A stretch of 63,939 nucleotides of DNA from an uncultured virus (IMG/VR IMGVR_UViG_2061766007_000696) (lineage: Duplodnaviria; Heunggongvirae; Uroviricota; Caudoviricetes), in IMG/VR virus record IMGVR_UViG_2061766007_000696; one strand, given 5' to 3'. This document shows, one piece after another, positions 35,721-45,776 of this stretch. Positions within the stretch are counted from its first letter, which is position 1. Each line of letters starts with the position of its first letter. The notes beneath the pieces are model-generated. The model was not told the origin of the DNA and made no database searches. It saw nothing but the letters and a program-made list of their open reading frames with translations. The position numbers and the translations under genes are program-made.

Positions 35721-38700
35721 TTATACCCCCACTAATACAATATCTACACTGCCAGTTATTCCGTTATAAGAGGTATAGGAAACATGTAATGTTTCACCTA
35801 TATATTCATCACCACCAATGAATTTTATACGAAGCTGATTTTCCTCACACTCATCAATTGTAGAATCAATAAGAGTTGAAATATCAACATCATTAATAGA
35901 AAAGTCCCAAGTACCAGTATAGAAATCTATATATTCATCGTTTTTATAAAAAGTCACTGAAAATTTTTTATAATTACCACCAATTTTAATTTCTGGTTTT
36001 CCGGGATATGTAATTTCTAATCTGAATTTGGGAGTTTTTTCTTGATAATCTGATGGAATTAATCCATCAGCATAATAATCAGCATACATACCTTGAATAG
36101 AGGAGGGATCATTTTCATCTTCGTATTCAATATAATCTTTATGCTGATCAAATAAATCTTGTGCAAGAGTAGCAAGAATAACGCCATTTGAATTAATACG
36201 ATTTATCTTACTTATTTTCCATGCACGAGGTTCTGCACCATTAAGAACATCAACTTTATTATCTATAATCATTCGCTGATTATAATAAAGTTTTTCTGAC
36301 AAAGAGTTGGCTGGAACGAGGAACTTTTGCTGATCCTCGATGGAAGTTCAAATTTGTTACTCCTCAAAAAGAGGGGACAGGTCATTTCTGCCTATCTCTA
36401 CGGTTTCTTAATTCGATTATAGCCGTAGTTCAGACCATACCTTTCACTCAGAGAGTGAGATAGCATACTTTATATTGTTACCAATATAAATGTGGTCGTT
36501 GCGGGATTTATTTGAAAAATAAGAAATAACAGGATATAATATACTACGGACAGATACATATAGGTGAGGTGGTTGAGTCGCATCAGGATAGTGATATCCT
36601 GTTTATATAAAATCCCTCCATCTTAGGGAAATATACTAAGAAAGGAGGTGATAGAGTGACCCTAATAACATTTTTGTTTTCCATATTAGCAAGTTTAATT
36701 GCTAACTTTATTACATCTTATTTTTTAAGATTAATAGATAACAAAAATGACCACCAGTGCCATGGTGATCATTAGTGTATAATTATCTATGCTCTTATCA
36801 TCTCGGCTCAATCGCCTCGTATCTGTCTTTTATTTATTATATCATTTTTTCTTTATAAGTCAAATAATCTTACCCTCAGAATTGCCCATCTCTGGGGTTT
36901 CTCTGATTTGAGCTATCAGTTTACCTATATGTCACCATATAGGGAGACAATTTCTTATCTTATACAATTGTGTTACTTTATAAAGTCGTTAATTTTATAA
37001 AGAAAACTATATTGCACAATATAAATCTTCATAAATTTTATGTTTACGTTCNNNNNNNNNNNNNNNNNNNATAAATCCAATCTAAAAATCTTTTAACTTG
37101 TTTTCCACCTGCTATTTGTAAAGTTCTAGTTGATACATCTGTCTTATGATGACATAACATTATAGAACAATTTACGTCTAATTTTTCCTTCACAATTTCT
37201 GCTATCTTTTTACAAAAATTTTCAGTACTTACAAGTCTTGCTCGTTTTTCTCTAGGACTTTTACAAAGATTACCATCACCATCCATGTATCCTAATATAA
37301 ATGAATTANNNNNNNNNNNNGTTGGAAATTCTAATATTAAACTTTTATTTGGAAAAATACCATGAGATATCAAAGCATCATGAATATGAGTATTAGAAAT
37401 TGTTAAACAGTATTGATTACTCCAATTTGGATTCTTATCATGATATGGAATTAAAGTTAATTTATAATCACATTCTAAATCTTTTTTAAATTGTTCTAAT
37501 ATATAAACATCTTTTTCTTGTAAAGATATTTGAACTCGATTACTATTTTTACTTACTGTTCCATCGGCATATAACAATCCTAAATAATATGCTTTCCTAT
37601 GAGAATCAATGTTATCAAAATAATTTTCATTTATTATTTTTGTGCGTTTCTGTTCTGATTGAGTATAAATATGAATATTATTTTCTAACAATATTTTTTT
37701 TATTCTTTCAGATGTTATATGTAATTCCTCGCTTACTCGTTTTAAACTATGATATTTCTCATATAAAATAATAACTTCATTTTGATTTATATCTTTATTC
37801 ATACCTTATTTCCTCTAAAAATATGCATAAAAATAAAAGTCATAATTCTAAATGTTAGAGGCATTTAGAAAACGGTTTGCAACCCGCTGTCTGACTTTTA
37901 TTACTATTTACAATATGTTTTTTTCTTATGTTTTCACATAAGTTCTGACTATATCTTCACCCTTACAAAAGGGGTCGCCCATTTCGGCTACTTAGCCTAC
38001 ATAATAGTCGATGAACTTCATCCTATTCGGATTTTAGATGCTGATTATCCAATCTAATATTTTTTTAAACATTCACGCTTATGTTATTTCACCATTACGT
38101 TGTAGTATATTAGCTCTAAGGAACTTCCAGCAATTAAAGCGATTTTCTTATAACATTACTGCTATAAGGGACTATTTTACTAATCCGTCCAAACTCCACT
38201 CACTTTGTTATCCTAAAGGCTTTTTATCCTCTAGTTCTCATAGTCGCCTATGAGGTCAGCATATATCATCATCCGTTCTGGATGCCGGACACTCTTGGAG
38301 ATATTATATTTATTCAACCTCTATGCGTTACAATACTTATTAGCCAAGACTACACTATTATTCGAGAGTGCAAAGGTTTTTTAGTTCTATCCTCAAGAAC
38401 CAATATTTGTGCCTAGACCTTATTTATTGTCCGAGTCTAGTTAGACACGAATTCTTTGTCTTGCTATCTAATAAGTTATCACGGTATTATCTTAAGTAAG
38501 ACTTCACCGTTTTTGCCCAGTTTTCATCTATATATTCCTATATAGCGCAACCGTTTGATTGTAGGAATTTTGGGATCTTAAACAACCAGCCATTCTTATC
38601 TTTTTGCCATTCCATACCCAATCAAAAATCTTATCACAAGGTAATACTTCAAAAGTTGGAAACTGTGATACAAAATAATTTGCAGTACCAACAACTAACC

Positions 38701-39097
38701 AACGATTATAAATGCCTTTTTCATCTGGAATATCAATATATAATCCAACAGGAAAAATCGCATTATAACGATTTCCAAAATATTCCGAATAATAATCAAC
38801 ATTCATTTTTTGTGATGGTTTAAATTGAATATGATGAGTCACGACATCTTTATCAAAAGTTTGTGCAGAACTTCTTCGCCATTTTACGGTAATGGCCACC
38901 TTGTCAGGGTCTTTTTCAGGATGCAAGTCTTTAAGTCTCGTCTTACAATTATCATGCCAATAATCATAAAGATAACAAACACGAGTGTTTATATCCCCAT
39001 CAAAAGTAGCATCCATAATCATATCCGAATTATCTTTTCGAGCTTGTCCTAAAGTTTTAGAACCTAACATTTTTCTATAAGTATCAAGGGTTGGCAT
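35721..39097 (-). CDS. Head-tail joining-type virion protein split by three group I introns; exons 38558-39097, 38183-38200, 36957-36964, 35721-36348 (397 aa)
   Basis: Spliced reading ...LRSQNSYN/SGVWTD/YKI/TSIEDQQKFLVPANSLSEKLYYNQR; exon sum 1194 nt is in frame; function inferred from position. Confidence 0.85.
36512..36540 (+). promoter_or_regulatory. Sigma-A promoter of intron-nested toxin-like gene
   Basis: TTGAAA-17 nt-TATAAT. Confidence 0.75.
36656..36775 (+). CDS. Type I toxin-like membrane peptide, 39 aa, antisense inside intron
   Basis: AAAGGAGGTG RBS, GTG start, MTLITFLFSILASLIANFITSYFLRLIDNKNDHQCHGDH: one TM helix plus charged tail. Confidence 0.8.
   Translation: MTLITFLFSILASLIANFITSYFLRLIDNKNDHQCHGDH
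36742..36863 (-). ncRNA. Putative antisense antitoxin RNA (~90 nt) with its promoter
   Basis: TTGACT-16 nt-TATAAT (36863-36836); terminator ATGATCACC...GGTGGTCAT-TTTT overlapping the toxin 3' end. Confidence 0.65.
36965..38182 (-). ncRNA. Group I intron 2 of the head-tail gene (LAGLIDADG in P9 region)
   Basis: P1 GGAT/TAGTAAAATA GTCC; TAATTGCTGGAA, AATCAGCA, TTCATCGACTA, GAAGATATAGTCA; ends ...AACACAATTG. Confidence 0.9.
37007..37802 (-). CDS. LAGLIDADG homing endonuclease
   Basis: AYYLGLLYADG and FILGYMDGDG motifs; C-terminus ERKHKIYEDLYCAI after gap. Confidence 0.92.
38201..38557 (-). ncRNA. Group I intron 1 of the head-tail gene (no ORF, 357 nt)
   Basis: P1 CAAT/CAAACG GTTG; P4 ACGGT/ACCGT; variant P7 GCATA/TATGC; ends ...AACAAAGTG. 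Confidence 0.85.
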
Positions 39098-39451
39098 CAT
39101 CCACCTCCTTGATTTTTAAAACAGCGTTACCCGCATCAAGAATAAATTTTCTATACATACTCCAATTAAAATTAGGTTTTTTATATTCTATAAACGCCGC
39201 ATTAACCAAAGATATAACATCAACAAATTCTTGTGGATAACCCAACAAATCATTTAACCCACCAAAAGTATTTAATACATTTTGGAAAGTAGCTNNNNNN
39301 NNNNNNNNNNNNNNNNNNNNNNNNNNNNNNNNNNNNNNNNNNNNNNNNNNNNNNNNNCAACAATAAGAAGTAAAAAGAATATTTTTTTACGCATTTTTTC
39401 TTTAATCTCACTTACTTGTTTATTGGAGAATTCACCATATTTAAATTTCAT
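39084..39451 (-). CDS. Hypothetical morphogenesis protein (gapped; missed by ORF track)
   Basis: MKFKYGEFSNKQVSEIKEKMRKKIFFLLL...YRKFILDAGNAVLKIKEVDDANP; GGAGG RBS. Confidence 0.7.
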
Positions 39452-39896
39452 GATGTGATACCTCCCTCAAGATAAGAGTTTTCNNNNNNNNNNNNNNNNN
39501 NNNNNNNNNNNNNNNNNATTCTTTTAACTGAGATAAATGATTCGCTTGTGCAAACCATTTTTGTTCCGCGCCACCAAAAAATTGTGCAGTATTTAATACA
39601 CTTCTTACCTGCTTATGTATCCATTCATATATCATCCATTTTCCAAGCATATGAGTTACAAACTCTTTATCAGCAATTTCATCACCAATACGTTTCATTT
39701 CAAACGTCATAGTTTGTACATCATCTGCAAGTTCGACAGAAGAGAAGAGTCTTCTGACATATGTTTCTGAAAGAGCTTTATGTAGATATTCTTGCATCAA
39801 TTCAGTAGCATCAGTAATACTAAGATTAACCAAATCGTAATCTGTAATATCACCAAGAAAACTACTAAATATGTCATCATATTTCAAAGAGGTCAA
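39441..39896 (-). CDS. Head-tail adaptor-like protein
   Basis: YDDIFSSFLGDITDY...FAQANHLSQL; AAGGAGGTG RBS; 3' end approximate. Confidence 0.65.
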   Translation of the reverse strand: MTSLKYDDIFSSFLGDITDYDLVNLSITDATELMQEYLHKALSETYVRRLFSSVELADDVQTMTFEMKRIGDEIADKEFVTHMLGKWMIYEWIHKQVRSVLNTAQFFGGAEQKWFAQANHLSQLKEXXXXXXXXXXXXKTLILREVSHHEI

Positions 39897-39918
39897 TTTA
39901 TCACCTCCTTAAATATAT

Positions 39919-40488
39919 TTAACTTTCAAACATTTCACTGAGAAGATTGAAATCGGCATCAAATATTTTCGACAAACAACGAATTTTATTAACACTATCA
40001 ATCTCACCAGATGAAATCATACTTGAAGCTAAACCTCTTAATGTTTCAAACATTTCATGAGGTAATTTTTGTATCTCAAACTCCATTTTATCATTTNNNN
40101 NNNNNNNNNNNNTCTGTTGTATAAAGACTGTCATAAAACTTTTTAACTTGAGGAAACTGTTCAAGAAAATCCTCATCCTCAATAATGATTCTAGGTAAGA
40201 AAATATGATCAGAATGAATACGAATTAATTCTACTAAATCTCTGTATTCAATTTCACATTCCCCACCATATTCAACAAATCTATAATAATTAGAGGAACG
40301 ACATGTTATATTAAGTCCACCAGCTATAATANNNNNNNNNNNNNNNNNNNNNNNNNNNNNNNNNNNNNAATCTTTTTGGGAACTATAGGAGCACCAGGTT
40401 CATCTAATAAACCAACAGATTTCTCTTCAATAATTTCCTTTTCAACAGATTCTTTTGTATTTTTAGAAGTAGTTTTAGTTCTAGCCAT
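39919..40488 (-). CDS. Hypothetical protein after capsid gene (gapped)
   Basis: MARTKTTSK start with AAAGGA RBS; C-terminal GEIDSVNKIRCLSKIF. Confidence 0.65.
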
Positions 40489-40519
40489 TATTTAATTATC
40501 CTTTCATTCACATCAAAGA

Positions 40520-41638
40520 TTATTCAGTAGTAATTGTCCACTGACCAAACCAACGTCCAGGATGAACATCAATACCAAGTTCTCTCTGAATTTCATATTT
40601 CATGATGTCATCAATACGTCCATTAGCCTCACCACGTTCTGTGATTTCATCTATAAGAGTCTCACCGACATCAATCATATTAATCATCTTGTTGTCACCA
40701 GTTGCAAAGAAGAAGAGAACATTATCATTATACATATCTCTTGTAACATCATTACGAGCAAATCTTTGAGGAATTTCAACAAGCTGATAACGACCATAAT
40801 TGCCAAGTCTACCAGTATTAGCAACTGATTCCTTCTGAGAATCTGCAATCCAGTTAATTTGAATAAGATTTTCAAGCTGTTGAAGACCAACCATTGTTCC
40901 CATAATAATTACAGGTGAATTGTCATTAGCAACAGATACATTCTGGAGTGTTTTATTAAAAAGATTCCTATTTGTAGAATTAAGCTGACCAGATTGTACA
41001 AACTGTGAACGACCAGTTACAGGAAGTTTCTGATATGCTGTATAAAGAGCAGTAAAAATAAGATCCTGAACCATAACAACAAATGCCTTAGTAAGAGCAT
41101 CTGTAAGTTCTGTGAAATCCTCTTGTCCAAGGATGAAACGATCTATATCCGCACCCACAGCAGCACCGTAAAGATCAGTTTCAATCTGATAAGTTGAACC
41201 CTGAGGTAATCTCTGAAGACGAGTATCATGATGTCTCTTACCCATTCTTGAAATTGCAAGAATAGTTTCAAGAGGTTTAACTGTAAACAGATTTTCATCA
41301 CCATCTTTAAGATTCTTATAATTAACTAACTGTTCAAACCACTCATTTTCACGAAGACCAGTTGTTACAGTAAAGTCAGAAACCTCTTCTATAACATCAA
41401 AGAATTCACGAGCATGTGCCCTATAAGCTCTCTCACGATCTCTACGAGATGAATTTTTATCAATTCCAAAAATCTTTTGTGTCATTTCACGAAGTTTATC
41501 ATTAGCTTCGCGCTTTGTAACACCATCACTAAGTTCACCTTTATAAAGGTCAAACATCAGATTTTTAATCTCTTCATAATTTGTTCCCATCTCGGAAAAT
41601 ACATTATTTATATGATTAGAAAAAACTAATTTTGTCAT
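40520..41638 (-). CDS. Major capsid protein
   Basis: 372 aa, very strong RBS, follows protease/scaffold and decoration genes as in SPbeta yonD-yonC-yonB order. Confidence 0.8.
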   Translation of the reverse strand: MTKLVFSNHINNVFSEMGTNYEEIKNLMFDLYKGELSDGVTKREANDKLREMTQKIFGIDKNSSRRDRERAYRAHAREFFDVIEEVSDFTVTTGLRENEWFEQLVNYKNLKDGDENLFTVKPLETILAISRMGKRHHDTRLQRLPQGSTYQIETDLYGAAVGADIDRFILGQEDFTELTDALTKAFVVMVQDLIFTALYTAYQKLPVTGRSQFVQSGQLNSTNRNLFNKTLQNVSVANDNSPVIIMGTMVGLQQLENLIQINWIADSQKESVANTGRLGNYGRYQLVEIPQRFARNDVTRDMYNDNVLFFFATGDNKMINMIDVGETLIDEITERGEANGRIDDIMKYEIQRELGIDVHPGRWFGQWTITTE

Positions 41639-41664
41639 CTATTTTTACCTCCTTCCCTCAAAAA

Positions 41665-42150
41665 TTAACTAGCAATTACAAGCTTACCTGTAGCTGCTAC
41701 AGCAGAAACTGCTTTACCGATAGAAGTAGAAGTAGGCACAGTTGTAAATGCCTCCTTACTTACCTCAAAAATGTCATGCTTATGAAGACCATATGCTCTA
41801 ACTGTCTTTCCACTCTTGTTGTACCAATTGTGAAGATCAGTAAATCTTGAATCATATGTATTTGTAAAGATAGGTACTTCATATACAAGAACTGCATCAG
41901 CAGGTTCTGTTACCTCTACATAATAATTTCCATCAGCTGCCTGATCTCTAATAACACCTGCAAAAGTTGCAGGAGCATTTGCTTCTTGATACTCATCAAA
42001 AGCAATATAATTTCCAAGACCACGAATTACACCATTATCACGGTCAGCTGTAAGTCTAAGATTATAGATATGTTCCCCTGATAATCCGGCTAAAACTTTA
42101 CTAACGAAGCACACTGCATGTGTGTTCTCAATAGACATATTTATTGCCAT
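41665..42150 (-). CDS. Head decoration/structural protein (YonC position)
   Basis: 161 aa, AAAGGAG RBS, immediately upstream of capsid gene. Confidence 0.65.
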   Translation of the reverse strand: MAINMSIENTHAVCFVSKVLAGLSGEHIYNLRLTADRDNGVIRGLGNYIAFDEYQEANAPATFAGVIRDQAADGNYYVEVTEPADAVLVYEVPIFTNTYDSRFTDLHNWYNKSGKTVRAYGLHKHDIFEVSKEAFTTVPTSTSIGKAVSAVAATGKLVIAS

Positions 42151-42172
42151 ATTATTATTCTCCTTTCATAAA

Positions 42173-43618
42173 TTAAGCGGATACCAATTCCCAATGATAT
42201 CCGCATCTAAAATTATTTTGTTTAATTTTGTTTTCAGTTAAATGAATACCTAATTCATTTTTTACTGCACAAAAACTAGGATAAATAATTCCTGTTTCTA
42301 TACATTTAACAGATTTTCTTTTAGCACCATGATTAACTTCTTTTCGGTGCTTTATAATATCAAAATCAGTTAAATTTAATTCCGCTGATTGAATTAAATA
42401 TCTCTTAACTGTAGTATCTGAAATACCTAATTTCTCAGCTAATTTAGGAACATTGTTATTTCCCTTATTCCAAAGTTTTGCAACCTCAACTACTAAAGAA
42501 TTTGAAGCGTCNNNNNNNNNNNNNNNNNNNNNNNNNNNNNNNNNNNNNNNNNNNNNNNNNNNNNNNNAGAATATCTAGCGTCTAATACTATATAATTTAC
42601 ACCATTAGAAATTGCTAATTGTTCCTTTATTTTATCATTTTCAATTACATCAATAACTTTTCTAGTCCAACTGCAATTTTTATAATGTTGCATACCATGA
42701 ACTTNNNNNNNNNNNNNNNNNNNNNNNNNNNNNNNNNNNNNNNNNNNNNNNNNNNNNNNNNNNNNNNNNNNNNNNNNNNNNNNNNNNNNNNNNNNNNNNN
42801 NNNNNNNNNNNNNNNNNNNNNNNNNNNNNNNNNNNNNNNNNNNNNNNNNNNNNNNNNNNNNNNNNNNNNNNNNNNNNNNNNNNNNNNNNNNNNNNNNNNN
42901 NNNNNNNNNNNNNNNNNNNNNNNNNNNNNNNNNNNNNNNNNNNNNNNNNNNNNNNNNNNNNNNNNNNNNNNNNNNNNNNNNNNNNNNNNNNNNNNNNNNN
43001 NNNNNNNNNNNNNNNNNNNNNNNNNNNNNNNNNNNNNNNNNNNNNNNNNNNNNNNNNNNNNNNNNNNNNNNNNNNNNNNNNNNNNNNNNNNNNNNNNNNN
43101 NNATCTAATTTTGTATGTGTGTTAAACATATATAAATATCCATCATTAGGATTTTTTAAACATTTAGCTATTTCTGGATGAGTCGTCCATAAATCATTAA
43201 AACCTTTTAATACTTTTTGATTACTACAATAAATACAACCAGCACCTTGCGTAATATTATCTAAAGTTGGATGATATATATGATTTTTATTGCAAAGAAC
43301 ATCTAATGGGGTAGAACTATTTATATAAGAGGTAGATAATAATTTATAATCATTATGAAATTTATCTAGTCTTTTTTGTATTGTTTCTAAAGATATAGAA
43401 CATTTATGTTTTCCCTCTATAGGGCATCTATGTCCTGCATTAATAAAATCACTTGGATTAATATCCCACTCGTAAAATCCCTTTTCGCAAACACAATGAT
43501 TATGTTTTATTCGTATTTTTGTATGACAATCAATATATTTACCAATAACTGTATATTCATCACCAGTAGCATCATATACACGCTTTTCAAATTCTTCTTG
43601 AGTCAACTTTTTACTCAT
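42173..43618 (-). CDS. Free-standing homing endonuclease-like protein (zinc ribbons, PD-(D/E)xK-like, HTH, NUMOD1-like tail); gapped
   Basis: KKLTQEEFEKRV..., GCIYCSNQKVLKGFNDLWTTHPEIA, VHGMQHY...NDKIKEQLA, KSVKCIETGIIYPS; no intron core flanking it. Confidence 0.7.
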
Positions 43619-43746
43619 TTTTTCATACCCCCCCCACAACAAAAAAAAAGACCGCATATCGCGATTTTTTAATATCATAAGAGGTGGGGATAGGAGAGTA
43701 TTAACCGTCCTATATAACCCCTTATAGGATTATCCATCCTACCTTA

Positions 43747-45396
43747 TTATTTAATTATTCTTNNNNNNNNNNNNNNTTTAGATGAATTCTTTGTTTTTAT
43801 AGGAAGTGGCTTAAATCCATAAGCTCTTTTCTTTTCTTCTTGAGGTTTTTCTTCAAACTCAAGCTTACCAGCTTTAGCATACTGAAGAAGAGTATCATCT
43901 AATTTCTTAGCGAGTTCTTCTTTGCTAAGTGAAAAATAATTCTCCCTCTTTGAAATTTCAGCATACTCTTCAGTATTCTTTATCTTTGCATAATCTTCCG
44001 AATTAAGAAGTTCAATCTTTTCAGGTTCAGCTTCATACTGAGCAAGTTTTTCAGAAATAGAAGAGTAGTTAGATTTCATAGATTCAAGTTGAGTCTGTTC
44101 ATCTTTAGTAAGATAAGTTGCAAATACCTCAACTCTATCCCCTTGAAGACTAAACACATCTTTCTTTACTGAATACTTTTGCTTATAATTCTTTCCACTA
44201 AAGAATCCAAACATAAATACTTCTTTAGTCTCTTCATTAGCATCAATATCATACCATTCATTATCAGATTCACTATAAGTTTCATTAACTAATGTATAAA
44301 GAGCATTCAGTTTATCAACAAGACTACAACTAAATGTCTTTGTTTCACCATTAATTGTTACTGAAAAACTAGCAAAATTATCTGATGTTGAATCCGGTTC
44401 CGGTTCGGGTTCCGGTTCAGGCTCTGGTGTAGGCTCTGGCTCAGGTTCTAAATTATCCCCCTCGTTTCCAGTAGCAGAAGGTTCACCATTTTCATCAAAT
44501 GCTTCAGCAAATGCTTTCTCAAGTGCTTCGTCATCAAGACCCTCATATTCAAAAGTAATATCTTCTACAGACTTACCATATTTTTGTAAGAGTTCTTCAA
44601 ATTTGTTCATTTGATTGTTTTCCTCCTTTCCTTTGGAATTTTTATTATCTAAAGCCTCTTGTACAGAAGCCTGAATAAACTGTTTTAAATTCTCGTCAAG
44701 TTCAAATTTTGCAGAATTATTATTTAAACTGAAATCCGCTATATCAAGTCTTGCACCCTCCATTCCCTCACCTATAGGTTCTTTTGTTTCAGGATCAATT
44801 CCAAGACATGTAAGACCAGCAACCTCAACATCTGTTAAAAGAAGTTCCTTTTCTTTACTATCATAGGACATTTCATTAACAGCTAATTCTACAGATACCT
44901 TTGTTCCATTTTTTCTTTCTATAATATCAGCTGCCTCTGTATAATCTCTCGGAATAGCACATTTAGCATAAACATAATATCTATTATCATGTTTCTCATC
45001 TTTTTCTAAATATGGTTCATCTGCTGTAAAACAACCAATTTGTTTTTCAAAATAAACAATATTTCCATCCTCATCTATTTCAAAATCATGTGATGTAAAA
45101 TCAACATTACCATTTTCATCTGTTGTGAAATTAGCCAATATTGGTTTATATGCCATTGTTTTACAGGCTTTTTTTGCAGCATCATAAGTTAAATTAGATC
45201 CGTTCCTATTACGACCTGTGTGCATAACTGTAACATCCCCAAATAGAAGAGTAGTACTTTCCTCTGATTTTTTAAAAGTAGCTGGAACTTGAACAAATAA
45301 TTGATATCCAGAATTCTTAGAACTAAAAGAATATAATTTTTGATTTTCACAAAATTTGACGAGATCTTCTAAAGTAAGCATTTTCTTCTTTTTCAT
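43747..45396 (-). CDS. Prohead protease/scaffold fusion (YonD-like)
   Basis: MHTGRNRNGS...KPILA...SHDFE...KVSVEL...CLG...GMEGA protease-like half, acidic PEPE linker, coiled-coil C-terminus; start MKKKKML with GGAGG. Confidence 0.8.
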   Translation of the reverse strand: MKKKKMLTLEDLVKFCENQKLYSFSSKNSGYQLFVQVPATFKKSEESTTLLFGDVTVMHTGRNRNGSNLTYDAAKKACKTMAYKPILANFTTDENGNVDFTSHDFEIDEDGNIVYFEKQIGCFTADEPYLEKDEKHDNRYYVYAKCAIPRDYTEAADIIERKNGTKVSVELAVNEMSYDSKEKELLLTDVEVAGLTCLGIDPETKEPIGEGMEGARLDIADFSLNNNSAKFELDENLKQFIQASVQEALDNKNSKGKEENNQMNKFEELLQKYGKSVEDITFEYEGLDDEALEKAFAEAFDENGEPSATGNEGDNLEPEPEPTPEPEPEPEPEPDSTSDNFASFSVTINGETKTFSCSLVDKLNALYTLVNETYSESDNEWYDIDANEETKEVFMFGFFSGKNYKQKYSVKKDVFSLQGDRVEVFATYLTKDEQTQLESMKSNYSSISEKLAQYEAEPEKIELLNSEDYAKIKNTEEYAEISKRENYFSLSKEELAKKLDDTLLQYAKAGKLEFEEKPQEEKKRAYGFKPLPIKTKNSSKXXXXXRIIK

Positions 45397-45573
45397 CAAG
45401 ACCTCCAAAATAAAAAAGACTGGTAAAACCCAGTCAGAATTATTATAATGATGTATAAGGGTAAACATCCGTTATATGGCGAAAAAATAGGCGGTTGAGT
45501 CGCACCAGAGAAGTAATTCTCTGTTTTTATAAAATCCTTTCGAGGAAATATAATCGAAAGGAGGTGTTGCGAC

Positions 45574-45696
45574 TTGGAAGATTTTGTAATTAACTCATTA
45601 TTTCAGTTAATTCCTATGTTAATCATGTGGATAATAACTAGAATTGTAGATAAAAGCAAAAATGACCGCCACGCTGATGACAGTCATAATGCTTAA
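45574..45696 (+). CDS. Type I toxin-like membrane peptide, 40 aa (free-standing paralogue)
   Basis: GAAAGGAGGTG RBS, TTG start, MEDFVINSLFQLIPMLIMWIITRIVDKSKNDRHADDSHNA. Confidence 0.78.
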   Translation: MEDFVINSLFQLIPMLIMWIITRIVDKSKNDRHADDSHNA

Positions 45697-45776
45697 TTAG
45701 TCTTATAATAATCGGCTCAATCGCCTAGATGTTTACTCTTTCCATACAATATAACATGTTTTTACACATTTTGCAA
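45657..45776 (-). ncRNA. Putative antisense antitoxin RNA with promoter
   Basis: TTGCAA-17 nt-TATATT; terminator ATGACTGTCA...TGGCGGTCAT-TTTT. Confidence 0.6.

Larger units (their letters stand above)
36349..36956 (-). ncRNA. Group I intron 3 of the head-tail gene (carries TA-like module in P6)
   Basis: P1 AGAT/AAGAAATT GTCT; P4 TCAGAG / TTCTGA; GCAACGACCA and AAGGTATGGTCT (P7 GACCA/TGGTC); ends ...AACAAATTTG. Confidence 0.88.

Noticed and set aside
44394..44447. 6-bp tandem repeats
   Set aside because: They encode an ordinary Pro-Glu linker
45397..45468. Upstream start for the protease gene
   Set aside because: Runs through a terminator-like hairpin and the TA promoter region; the RBS supports 45396
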